Below are positions 9,601 through 18,800 of a DNA stretch of 64,000 bases, piece after piece. This DNA is from Rebecca billardiae RCC1528 (lineage: Eukaryota; Protista; Haptophyta). Numbering within the stretch: position 1 is the first letter of the stretch; the number at the start of each line of letters is the position of its first letter. The position numbers and the translations under genes were made by a program. The stretch is taken from the NCBI GenBank assembly GCA_965240325.2, contig OZ251222.1:4960001-5024000 (forward strand). The letters run 5' to 3'. The notes under the pieces were generated by a model. That model was given only the letters and a program-made list of their open reading frames with translations, had not been told where the DNA came from and did no database searches.

Positions 9601-11342
9601 TGCGACTGCTGCTCGTCGCAGAGCGACTGGGCGTGCGCGCACTGCTGCTCGAGCAGCTGCTGCGCGTGCAGCGCAGCCGCGAGCTCGTGCTCGACGCCGC
9701 TCAGCGCGTCAGCGGCGATGTGCTCGGTCGCGGTGAGGCGGCGCTCCAACTCGAGGGCCCGATCGCGCTGCGCGTCGGCGGCGCGCTGCGCAGCTGCGGC
9801 CCGCGCGTTCGCCTCTTCGAGATCGCGCCGAAGCTTCGCCTGCGCCTGCTCCGCCTCGGCGTCGTGGCGGGTGCGCGCATCCGCGCTGTGCCCGGCGCGG
9901 TACCCGGCGAGCACAGCGCGCCTCTCCGCGGCAGCAGCGGCGGCGCGCGCGGCGGCGATCCGGTCGAGGGCCTCGCGCTCGATGTTCTCGCACTCGAGCT
10001 TGACGGCGGCGATCACCACGTCGAGAACCGGCTCGAGATCGACGGCGGCCGAGTTGACGATGTCCTCGCGCTGCCGCACCGCGTCGTCGCGCTCGCGCTC
10101 GAGCTCGCCGTTGAAGTGCTCGAGCTCGGTCACACGTGTGCGCAGCGAGGTGAGCTCGAGCTCGGAAGGGACGCTGCGCGTGCTGTGCGAGCGCCGCAAC
10201 TGCTGCTCGAGCTCGGCCACGTGCTGCAGCTCGGCCATGCGCCTTCGACCCCGTGCTGTCTGCTCGTCCGCCTCTGCCTCGGGCGTCGGCGCCACGCTGC
10301 CAGCCGAGCGCGTGAGAGGCCGCTGGCGGGTGGGCGCGGCCGAGAGCAGCACGGCAGGCGGCGGCGACATGAAGGCGGGCGAGGCGACGGCAGGTGACCT
10401 CGGCGGCAGCAGCTCTTCCGCCGACCCACCGACGAACGGCTGCGCCGCCGCGCCAGCGAGGAGGAGTGGCGGCGCGGGCTGGCGGGAGGCGCTGCGCGTG
10501 ACCGCGGGCGACGGCGCAGCGGCAGCAGGAAAGCTCAAGGCGGAGGAGGCGTTGGTAGTGGCGGGCGAGAAGACGAGGTGGTCGGCGTGAGCGGGAAGAG
10601 ACGAGAAGCGGGCAGCGACGACGGCGGGAGACAAATCGGCGGCGGCGGCGGCGGCTGATGCCGCCGCCTCGCCGCCATCAGCTCGAAGGAGAGCGAGCGC
10701 GCGCGCGGTCGGTGGACGGGCGGCATCATGCGGCGAGGACAGCGGCTGCGGCTGCGGCCGCGGCCGCGGCCGCGGCCGCGGCTGCGGCGGCTGCACGAGC
10801 GGCGGAGGCAGGTGCGGAGGCGCCGACGGCAGCTGCGGCGGTGGCGGAAGCGACGGCAGCGGCGGCGGCCCCAACGGAGGCAGCGGCTGGGTGTCCGCGA
10901 CCGCGTAGGGCATCACGGCGGCGGACGATGGATCGGATGGCGCGTCGGCGCAGAGGCCGGGCGTGAGACCGAGGACTGGAACATGCGAGAGAGGCTGAGA
11001 ATGAGAATGCAGATGGGCATGCGTGGGATCGAGGGCAGAGAGATCGAGGGGGGGATGCGGCGCGACCGCGCCGTCACCAGCTGGCGCGCGACGCCATCGG
11101 GCGCTGCTCGCTGCTCGGCGAGTGGCGGTCAGCTGCTCGCGCTGCGCGCGGCGCGCTTTCCAGTCCGCGCGCTTGCGCCGTGAGACGTCGGACTCGGGCG
11201 GCGCCGCCGGTGCCGCCGCGGCGGGCGCCGCGGCAGGCGCTGCCGGCGGCGCGCCCGTGAGCTCCGACGGGCCCTTCGTCACAGACGGCGTGCGCCGCCA
11301 GCCCCGCCTCCGCCGCGGCGCATCGAGACGCCCTGCGCGCAC
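6615..11342 (-). CDS. RAG1/Transib-like DDE transposase (5' end uncertain, probably spliced)
   Basis: Motifs are collinear with the RAG1 core as recalled. RPSLSVSSNACRKRR ~ NBD RPRQHLLSLTRRAQKHR. VTDAQFDTWREWV ~ LSCSQYHKMYRTV. LLLSADAG ~ KESCDG (D at 8886-8888). PDSD ~ DESD. YTGDYVNLASLAGQ ~ GYDEKLVREVEG (D at 8079-8081). PGIMHFK ~ DALHCD. LRGDGISLL ~ MNGNFARKL. LADEQVQEHF...NARKS ~ ASEGNES...NARQS (E at 7044-7046). An N-terminal coiled coil precedes these. Confidence 0.75.
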   Translation of the reverse strand: MRAGRLDAPRRRRGWRRTPSVTKGPSELTGAPPAAPAAAPAAAAPAAPPESDVSRRKRADWKARRAQREQLTATRRAASSARWRRAPAGDGAVAPHPPLDLSALDPTHAHLHSHSQPLSHVPVLGLTPGLCADAPSDPSSAAVMPYAVADTQPLPPLGPPPLPSLPPPPQLPSAPPHLPPPLVQPPQPRPRPRPRPQPQPLSSPHDAARPPTARALALLRADGGEAAASAAAAAADLSPAVVAARFSSLPAHADHLVFSPATTNASSALSFPAAAAPSPAVTRSASRQPAPPLLLAGAAAQPFVGGSAEELLPPRSPAVASPAFMSPPPAVLLSAAPTRQRPLTRSAGSVAPTPEAEADEQTARGRRRMAELQHVAELEQQLRRSHSTRSVPSELELTSLRTRVTELEHFNGELERERDDAVRQREDIVNSAAVDLEPVLDVVIAAVKLECENIEREALDRIAAARAAAAAAERRAVLAGYRAGHSADARTRHDAEAEQAQAKLRRDLEEANARAAAAQRAADAQRDRALELERRLTATEHIAADALSGVEHELAAALHAQQLLEQQCAHAQSLCDEQQSQLVELKRDKDAARKRADRAAGKFEHLAELNGLDGAHRQRAQRPSLSVSSNACRKRRRGEADHIEHILRGTPDDVMDLVLHEMLEGADDGSRKPWARHAYLQQRRGAVGVVREIQSHQTHHDVAGYLVSKNVTDAQFDTWREWVGKEIHPVTGEHSARTVFRGGFGREPIRHPIPPPAAGSREVAQRDREHAGAGVLMIGSESAARPWAQAVHAVLDRSERNGKSARPRGQPHVLLLSADAGNTAHSRTATIAIVRNGWGVNYGALASSEAIAISERPDSDMSELWSAHADAINDVIRSGLLPPRPTPPAAATARVAGAAGGAAAAVTAGAAGGAGRGEARGAAGGAAGGTAGGTAGGTGGAGGAGGSGSGVAGGTAGAGVRAAGGAAGGAAGNAGAGAGGGAGGAGGAGGSGSGSGVAGGTAGAGVRAAGGAAGGAASSAAGNPSAGTAGGAAAAAAAAAAAGGAAGAAGAAGAAGAAGGAAGGGFGGGGEAADYAEEQKAIITYTGDYVNLASLAGQGSHNVSPLRFNVWAVKEAGADGGSPQWRLRTYKRARALCHADPGVTCPACKVTPADQGECDAEMTKRRRLLADDSKDAERIVDQKLHENQWLLPQLELEHVNYFPGIMHFKHDTFKPVLSALWREVDELYGRDAPLTKYDLIVLFKNAGVPVRVPKRRTRTNEIGVPDLRGDGISLLRTHAVFWALVQVVWKIDADLDGASSAGAADSGDEDARISDMQDEEEREMMDEIGFDDEAQLKAEIADMPRMALFCRLLMLTWQLHDLVSSRGYTDDDDGRAKRADEVEAAATAWVEALDLFVLKPVTSQYKTIARFVLPLLIRRWGHLVQLADEQVQEHFVQVTKRAMPLVNARKSLDSFVREYAEGKKSTVQPHISTAAQLLRRVSLATWAEEEFGDKVRRLWLKKEGKRQREWQRKAKAGAHDLVDEYIAARKLVREEAGLPEEDLSALKSKLRAAARSASATVSDGADVARDGSGAG

Positions 11343-12136
11343 ACCTTGAGCAGCTCGCCGCTCACGTCAGCGCGCCCCTTCTCCTTCTTGAAGCGCCATG
11401 GCTGCATCAGCGCGTAGCGCTCGGCGTCGACGCTCACGCCGCCCTGCGCGTCCTGTGGCGCGTGCAGGCCGCCCTGCGCGTTGAGCGAGATCACGCCCAC
11501 GCGCACGTGCGCGAACTGCTGGTACGCGCCGTCCGGATCGAGCCGATGCATCTCGGTGTGCTCGATCGAGAGCGAGTGCACCGTGTTGATCGCCGAGAGG
11601 TGCCGGTCCGTGCGCGCGCCGCCGAGCGCGTTCGCCCGCAGCGGCTTCGGGACGCGGCGCATGCCCAGGTTGAGCCACGTCGAGATGCGCTCGGGCTGGT
11701 ACGAGCTCACGGTGCGCCGCGTGCGGTCCTTCTCTCGCGTCTCGTGCACGACGCCCTGGTCGTCGAGCGAGGTGAACATCGGCGAGTAGAGGGCGTCACG
11801 CGGGAACAGCGCCAGCTTGGCCTTGCGCAGCAGGTTGCCCTTCTTCCGGCTGCCCTTGATGGCGACGAAGTTGTTGACCTTGCGCTTGACCTCCGCCAGG
11901 TAGTTCTCGTTCGGCATGATCGAGTGGTCCACCTCGCTCGCCGCCTCGCGCGCGCGCAGCATGAGCGTCTCGTGCTCAGCCGCCTTCTCCGCGGCCGCCG
12001 CGGCCATGCGCCGCCGCACAGATGCGGCAGAGACCTTGCGCCCGATGCCGTAGCCGCCCTTCCGCTGCAGCTTGACCTTCTTCGGCTTCGCGCAGGAACG
12101 CTTGCCCTTGCCCACGGTAAGCACAGCCGTCGTCAT
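11279..12136 (-). CDS. Transposon-borne basic orphan ORF or first exon of the transposase gene
   Basis: ATG at 12136, protein-like composition with a Lys/Arg-rich N-terminus, inside the TIRs on the same strand as the transposase. Likely splice donor AAG|GTGTGC at 11345/11344. Confidence 0.6.
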   Translation of the reverse strand: MTTAVLTVGKGKRSCAKPKKVKLQRKGGYGIGRKVSAASVRRRMAAAAAEKAAEHETLMLRAREAASEVDHSIMPNENYLAEVKRKVNNFVAIKGSRKKGNLLRKAKLALFPRDALYSPMFTSLDDQGVVHETREKDRTRRTVSSYQPERISTWLNLGMRRVPKPLRANALGGARTDRHLSAINTVHSLSIEHTEMHRLDPDGAYQQFAHVRVGVISLNAQGGLHAPQDAQGGVSVDAERYALMQPWRFKKEKGRADVSGELLKVCAQGVSMRRGGGGAGGARRL

Positions 12137-13178
12137 TGCTGCGCGCGGCGAGCGCGGTCCCGCGCGGCCGCCGCCGGGCGCAGCCGCAGCAAGTTAGTCT
12201 GATGCAAATTCCCGGTCACCCATGCAAAAGTAAGCGTTCCCGCTGAGCATGTGCGTGGATCACGAGTAACCCGCCGCCTGAATACAAACTCCGCGCCCCT
12301 CCATACACTTCCTGCATCCCCGCGCGCGGCGGCGTGCAGGCGGGCGCAGATTCGCACCGTGTTACGAACAGACCTAGCAAAGTAGATCGGCGTGGCGGGT
12401 CGGGACGCGGAGCGGGTGCGGGGCAGGTGGGGGATAGGTTGGGGAACACCCGCGATTAGAGCACCGGTGGCGCAGCGGCGACGTGGACGCCGCCACACGC
12501 GCACGCACGGCGCACGCGCGCACCGGGACTTTCAACTTCGCGTCGGAGCTCTGGACGACCGTCGGTTGGTCCGAGCGGCGCGAGGAGGCTCTCGGGATTG
12601 TGGCCGGACGCCCGGGTTGAGCCGTTAACGGCCGAAAATCAATTTGTTGGAGTTTCCTTAACGGCCGCTTTAAAAAAGAAATCGTTGCTGTGTACCAATC
12701 GTGTACCAATTATGTACCAAAGTGTACCATGGTACATCCGCTTAGCTCGGTACACTCCTCATTCTGAGCTCGGTTTGGTGACACCTCCCAATATCGTGAT
12801 GCGTAGTAATCGTCGCGTATACTGCTACGCGTATACGTAACTGCTTATATCAGTCGTGCTGGCGGTATCATGGCGCCCGCCCCCGCGCCCGCCCCCTATA
12901 GCAGTATAGCGCGCAGCTATTACTAGGGAGCGCAGTCGTACTTTGACGACGATCGGGCGCACTGCGCAGCCGCGACGAATCATCAGGAGATCGACCTGCG
13001 TCGTCCTACCTGTGTCGTCAATATACATCGTCGATCATATAGAATGAATCGTATATATAATAATAAGCAGCTATATATATCACTCGTCCCGGCGCGCTTC
13101 ACATTCTATATTCATCATCAGCGCAATCATCACGCGCATCGTCGGCGCGCCGTCCCGTAGTCCGACGCGTCCGGCAGG

Positions 13179-15317
13179 CTATTGCCGCCGCTGCTGCTGC
13201 TGCTGTTGATGGCCAGCGGCAAAGCTGCGTGTGGTGCTGACGACGCCGTCAACGCGCGCCGCACCGCTGCTGCGTGCTGGCACCGCGCCACTGGCATCGC
13301 CCGCCGGGCGCGCGAGGACGCCGACGCTCGCCCCGTCGTCAGCGGCCTCAGCATCGTCATCGCTGGCGGCGGAGTGCGCGGAGCTGCCAGCGCCACCGTC
13401 GGCACCGGCACGGCTGCCGCCGCCCTCTGTCCACGTCGCCGCAGTGCTTGACGCGGCGTGCGCCGCGCGCGCCTCGGTCTCGGCGGCGCGTGCGCTCGAG
13501 CCCGCCGCAGCAGCCATGCGCAGCGGCCACGGGCAGCGGCGCTCCCCCTGTGCCTCCCGTGCCGCGCGCAGGCCGCGCTGCTCGGGCGGCGCGGCGGCGG
13601 CATCGTCGCGCCGTGGCTCGCCCGCCGTGCTGGACGCGCCGCTGCCGCCGCTGCCGCCCGCGCTGCCGCTCGCCATCGAGTCGGTGGAGTCGCTGTGCGA
13701 CAGCGGCGTCGCGCTGCGCCGCTCCTCGCGCTTGGCGCGCGACTCGGGCTGCTGCTGCTGCTGCTGCTGCTGCCGCGGCGGCGGCGGCGGCGGCGGCTGC
13801 CGCTGCGTCTCGGCGCGGCGCGCGCGCAGCCACCACGGCGCGCGGCGCGCGCGCGGCGCGCGCATGTACGTGCTCGCGAGCGCGAGCGGCGCCAGCGCCA
13901 GCGCCTGCAGCGTCGCGGTCGCGTAGAAGTTGGTGCCGATCCCGCTGCGCGCGATGATCAGCCCGCCCACCGTCGCGCTGCCGGAGAAGGTCGCCTGGTT
14001 GACCGAGTCGACCGCGGCGTACCGCCCGCGCTGCGCGGGCGGGACGAGGTCGTGGATGATCGACTTGGTGAGGCCGGCGGGCGCGGTGACGAGCGCGGTG
14101 CGCACGAGGTACAGCGCGACGACCAGCGCCTTCGACGCCCCCGCCTGGTACGCGCCCACCATGCCGAAGCACGCGGCGCAGCCGAGCAGCACGCACACGC
14201 CCGTCGCGCCGATGCGGCCGGCGCGCGGCGCGGCGCGCTCGGCGGCCGAGCTGGCGAGCGCGATGAGCACGAGCGCGCCCACGCCGATCGCGTTCACCGC
14301 GACCGGCGAGAGCGCCAGCTCCTCCAGCAGGAAGATCGGGAAGAAGCGCGTGCTCAGCCCCGAGGCGAGCGCGTACGCCACGTCGTAGCCGAGCACAAGC
14401 GCAGGCACGAGCAGCACGCGCCCACCGCAGCACAGCGAGCTGGTCGCGCGCGGAGGGGGAGGGGAGGCGGGCGGCGGGCCGAGCGCGGAGGACGAGGCGA
14501 GCGCGGAAAGCTCGGCCGAGGAGCTCGCACCGTCGAGCCCGCAGCCCGCGCCCGCCTCCGCGTCGTCGGCCGCATCCGGCGCTGGCGGCGGCGCCGCCGC
14601 CGCCTCCGCCTCGGCCTCGGCAGCGCCCTCGGCCGCGGCGACGTCGAGGAGCGGCTCGGCGAGCCCCGCGGCGCGGAGCGCGGGCGTAGCGCCCATCTCC
14701 GCCGTCGGCCCCACCCGCACGTCGCGCAGCGCGAAGAGCAGCGTGTTGGGCAGCAGCGTGCTGCCGATGCCAGCGTACAGCGTGAGCTGACACGTGCGCA
14801 GCGCCCACGAGTTGCCGCGCAGCGCGAAGATGGCGATGGTGAGCAGCGGGCCGCACGCGTTGGCGAGCTGGTTGACCTGGTTCTTCCGCGTGAACCACAG
14901 CGCGCGCTCGCCGTCCGCCACCGAGTCCGCGTACAGCGCGTCCACGTTCGGGTTGGCGACCGCCCAGTAGCAGCCCCAGAAGCCCATCGAGAGCGAGAGC
15001 GAGAGGAAGTGGTCGCGGTGCACGGCGAAGGCGGCGAGCGCGGCGCCGGCGTACCCGACGAGCGCGGCGACGCGGAGCATCCCGTCCCGCCGCCACCGGT
15101 CGCCGAGCCAGCCGCACAGCGGCGCGAGGAGGAGCTGCGCGATCCCGCGCACGCCGGTGATCACGCCGACCGCCTCCGCCGAGTCGGTCACGAGGTAGAC
15201 GTACGCGGCGAACACGTCGCCCGCCCAGATGGAGCGCGAGGCGGAGGAGAGCCCCGTGTACAGCAGCACGAGGATGCGGTTCGTCCGCGCGCGCGCTGCC
15301 GCCCGCGAGCTCGGCAT
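13179..15317 (-). CDS. Major facilitator superfamily transporter
   Basis: Two bundles of hydrophobic helices, MFS motif A-like GWLGDRWRR, and DLVPPAQRGR in the second half. Central loop and C-terminal tail are low complexity. Confidence 0.85.
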   Translation of the reverse strand: MPSSRAAARARTNRILVLLYTGLSSASRSIWAGDVFAAYVYLVTDSAEAVGVITGVRGIAQLLLAPLCGWLGDRWRRDGMLRVAALVGYAGAALAAFAVHRDHFLSLSLSMGFWGCYWAVANPNVDALYADSVADGERALWFTRKNQVNQLANACGPLLTIAIFALRGNSWALRTCQLTLYAGIGSTLLPNTLLFALRDVRVGPTAEMGATPALRAAGLAEPLLDVAAAEGAAEAEAEAAAAPPPAPDAADDAEAGAGCGLDGASSSAELSALASSSALGPPPASPPPPRATSSLCCGGRVLLVPALVLGYDVAYALASGLSTRFFPIFLLEELALSPVAVNAIGVGALVLIALASSAAERAAPRAGRIGATGVCVLLGCAACFGMVGAYQAGASKALVVALYLVRTALVTAPAGLTKSIIHDLVPPAQRGRYAAVDSVNQATFSGSATVGGLIIARSGIGTNFYATATLQALALAPLALASTYMRAPRARRAPWWLRARRAETQRQPPPPPPPRQQQQQQQQPESRAKREERRSATPLSHSDSTDSMASGSAGGSGGSGASSTAGEPRRDDAAAAPPEQRGLRAAREAQGERRCPWPLRMAAAAGSSARAAETEARAAHAASSTAATWTEGGGSRAGADGGAGSSAHSAASDDDAEAADDGASVGVLARPAGDASGAVPARSSGAARVDGVVSTTRSFAAGHQQQQQQRRQ

Positions 15318-15889
15318 CGTGGCGTCGCGGTTAACAGCCGGCCGGACCGTCGCGTGGGTGATGACTCGCGCGCGGCCGGTCGAGTGGGAGGGCCGCGATG
15401 ATGATATGCGGTACCTTTTTCCGAGCGCGCTTTTCTATCAGCCCGTATGTGTGCGCTTGCGACCGACTACCGACAAAAAGATCAAGGGAGAATCCGCGAT
15501 CGCAAGATTCTCCTCGATTCACCATACAAGGAGCACGCATTTCGTCGGCTGCCAGTCGAGGCGGAGGCAGCGGCGGACGTGCAGACTTTGATGCGCCGAG
15601 AGGAACCTTCGACGAGGCGCTGCGCGAAATACTGTATCGCCCGTTCAGCGTCGCAACCGTGCATGGGCAGCTGGAGCCTGTGGCGCTGCACCCACAGGCT
15701 GAGTCCGGGCAGGACGCGGTGATGGGCGACGCGCTCCTGGTGAAATTCAATTTTGCGGATGATGCGCCATGCGAATAGCCGATTACCCGGCTGCCACTGA
15801 GGCACTGACTACGCGCTTTAGCTTTGCGGCCGCGGCCGTGGCGGCGGCGGTCGCATCTTCGACCCCGCACGCGCACGGTACCCGACACC

Positions 15890-18800
15890 ATGGGCGACGA
15901 CGTCGCGCGCGTGTGGTCCATCGACCTGGCGCGCGTGGCCAGCCTGCTGCAGTGCAGCGAGGCCGACCTCGTCCAGTCGCTCGTGCGCGAGGGCGCGCCC
16001 GTCGAGGCGCAGCTGCACACGCCGCCGCCGCCGCCCGCGGACGCGGCCGGCGCGGCGGCGGCCGCCGCCGCCGCGGCGGCGGGCCCGAGCTGGGAGTCGC
16101 CGCTGGACTACGCGCCGCCGCCGAGCACGCTCCGCGTGCGCCGCGCGCTCATCTCGTGCGTCTCCCGCCGCCCCGCCCTCGGCGGCGCGCTCGTGCCCAA
16201 GGAGCTGCAGCGCGTGGGCGCGCACCCGCTGCTCGGGCTGCTGCTGCGCCAGCTGGCGGACGCGGGCGTGCGCCGCGTGGACGTGGTGCTCGGCGGGCCG
16301 ACGGCGGCGGCGCTGCGCGAGGCGCTGCCCCTCCTCCCCGCCGCCGCGCACCTCGACCTGCACCTCGTCGACCTCGGCGACACCTACAGCGGCGGGCACG
16401 GCGCGTCGCTCGCGCGCGCGCGCGCGCTGTTTTCGCCGTGGGAGCGCTTCCTGCTGTGCGCGTCGGACCACCTGTTCGAGCCCGCGCTGGTGCGGCGGAT
16501 GGCGGAGGCGGAGCTGCCGCCGGGCGTGCACGCCAACGTGCTCGTCGAGGCCGACCCCGCCGTGTACGCGCCGCGCGAGCTCTCGAGCACCGCGGTGCGC
16601 GTGCTGGCCGCGCGCACACACGCGGAGAGCGGCGCCGGCCCCGCGCGCGTCCTCGCGATCGGGCGCGAGCTCGTGCCGACGGCGGGGTCGGAGCTGGAGT
16701 GCGGGCTGTTCCTCGTCGACACGGAGATCTTCCCCGCGCTCGAGGACGCCGCGCGCCGCCGGCTGAGCGGCGAGGGCGGGTACACGACGCTGGCGGCGGC
16801 GCTGCAGCTGCTCGCGCGCCGCGAGGCGGTGCTGTGCACGCGCGCGGCGGGCGGGCAGTGGCTGGCGCTGGAGACGGTGGCGCAGCTGCGGCGCGGGCGG
16901 GAGAGCGGCGCGGTGCGCAGCGCGCTGCGCCTCGCGCCGCCGCACCCCGCCGCCGCCACGCCGCGCGCCACGCCCGAGCGCGCCGCCGCGGCCGCGGCCA
17001 GCAGTCCGAGTGCAGAGGGGGCGGAGGGGGCGGAGGGGGCGGAGGGGGCGGAGGGGGCGGAGGGGGCGGAGGGGGCGGGGCGGCTGCCGCCCTCCGCACC
17101 GGCGGCCGTGCCGCGCGTGCCCTCCGCACCGGCCGCGTCGGCGGCGGGCAGCGGCGGCGGCGGCTCGTCGAGCGCGTCGCTCCGCACGGCGTGCAGCGCG
17201 GCCGCGCACCCCCAGCCCCAGCCCCAGCCCCAGCCCCAGCCCCAGCCCGCGCTCATGCTCGGCCTCGCCCTCGACCCGCAGCCGCAGCCGCAGCCGCAGC
17301 CGCAGCCCGTGGGCGGTGGCGGTGTGGGCGGTGGCGGTGTGGGCGGCGCGGAGGGGGCGGAGGTACAGCCGCTGGCGCTGGCGCTGGCACCGCAGCCGCA
17401 GCACGAGCAGCATCCCGCGGGGTGGGACGCGGGCGGCGCGGCCGCGGCGGTGCACGCGGCGCACGTGCCGCCCCTGCAGCAGCCAAGCGCGCACGCGCTG
17501 CGCGGCGTGCTGCTCCAAGTCGAGCCGCACGCACAGGCGCAGGCGGAGCAAGAGGCGCGCGCGGCTGCCGCCGAGCGCGAGGGCGCGCCGCTCGAGGCGG
17601 CGCTCGAGGCGGGCGGCGCGGCGGGCGCGCGCGCGGCCGCGCCGCGCGCGCACGGCGTGCCGCGCTGGGTGCGCACCCTCGCCGCCCGCGTCGAGCGCGC
17701 GGCCCCGCCCCTGCTGCTGCCGCGCGAGGGGCGCCGCGCGGACTCGGCCGAGTACTCGCGTGAGTACGAGTACTCACGTGAGTACGCGGTCGCCTCGCTC
17801 ACGCCGCTCAGGCCGTCGACGGCCGCACCGGCCGGCGGCGGCGGCGGCGGCGCGCCGCCCGGCGCGCCGCCCGCGCCCGGCCGCGCGCCGGAGGGCGAGG
17901 GCGCGCAGGGCGCGCCCGGCGGCGCCGGCGGCGCGCGCGCGCGCGGCGCGCCGCCCGCCCGGCGCGCCATGTCCATGTGCGCGTCGACAGCTGCGCCGCA
18001 CGCGTTTGCGCTCGCGCTGCCGCCGCCCCCCGGCGCGCTCGGCGCCACCGAGCCTCGCGGCAGCGGCCGCGGCAGCAGCGCGCTCGGCGCCTCGCCCGTG
18101 CAGGCGCGCCGCGCCTCGCTGTTCGGCCGCCCGCCAGAGCCGGACGGCCGCGCCGCGCTGCTCGGCGGGGCGTTCGGCGGCGCGGACGCGGGCTCGGACG
18201 GCGGCGGCGGCGGCGCGCCCGACGGCGGGCACGGCGCCCCCAGGCCGAGCGCGTACCTCGTCGAGTTGCCGCACGGGCACGCGCACGGACACGCGCGGCA
18301 GCGCGGCGGCGGCGGCGCGGAGGGCGGCGGCGCGGAGGGCGGCTGCGGCCAGCTGCTGCTCGCGGCCTTCGAGCCGGTGGCGCAGCAGCCGGCGGGCGTG
18401 GGCGCGGGCGGCGGCAGCGGCGGGCTGCAGCCGCTGCACGCGCAGCGCCAGCACCAGCACCCACCCTCCGCCTCCGCCTCCGCCTCCGCCTCCGCCTCCG
18501 CCTCCTCTGCGCACGCCGGCGCGGCCGGCGCGCCGTGCGCGGGCGGGGGCGCGCGTGCCGCGGGGTGCGGCTGGGCGTGCGGCGTGGAGGACGCGCTGGC
18601 GGCCCCGCTGCTCGGGCTGCCGCTGCCGCAGCTCGCGTCCGACATCACCGCGCTCTCACTCAGCGCAGCGCACATACGCGCGCCCCCGCCCCCGCCCCCG
18701 CCCCGCGGCGCGGAGGGCGGCGGCGCGCGCGCGCGGTGGCGCGGCGCGTGGGCGCGGCGGCTCGGCCGCGCGCACCGCGCGCCGCCGCCGCCCGAGCCCA

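Larger units (their letters stand above)
6455..12692 (-). mobile_element. Putative autonomous RAG1/Transib/Chapaev-like DNA transposon (6.24 kb, 2-bp TSD TA)
   Basis: Left TIR CACAGCAACGACTTCTCTTTTTAAAGCGGCCGTTA (6455-6489). Right TIR 12659-12692 reads CACAGCAACGATTTCTTTTTTAAAGCGGCCGTTA on the minus strand. TA is present on both flanks, and the empty site restores CATGTACCAATC. It encloses a DDE transposase ORF. Confidence 0.88.

Noticed and set aside
44-12692. Canonical 12/23 RSS pair and 5-bp TSDs
   Set aside because: No ACAAAAACC nonamer lies 12 or 23 bp from any heptamer, and the 5-bp flanks do not match for any of the three elements.
6455-12692. RAG2-like gene in the element
   Set aside because: No kelch or beta-propeller pattern or PHD is visible on either strand. 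Plus-strand ORFs are antisense shadows of the transposase.
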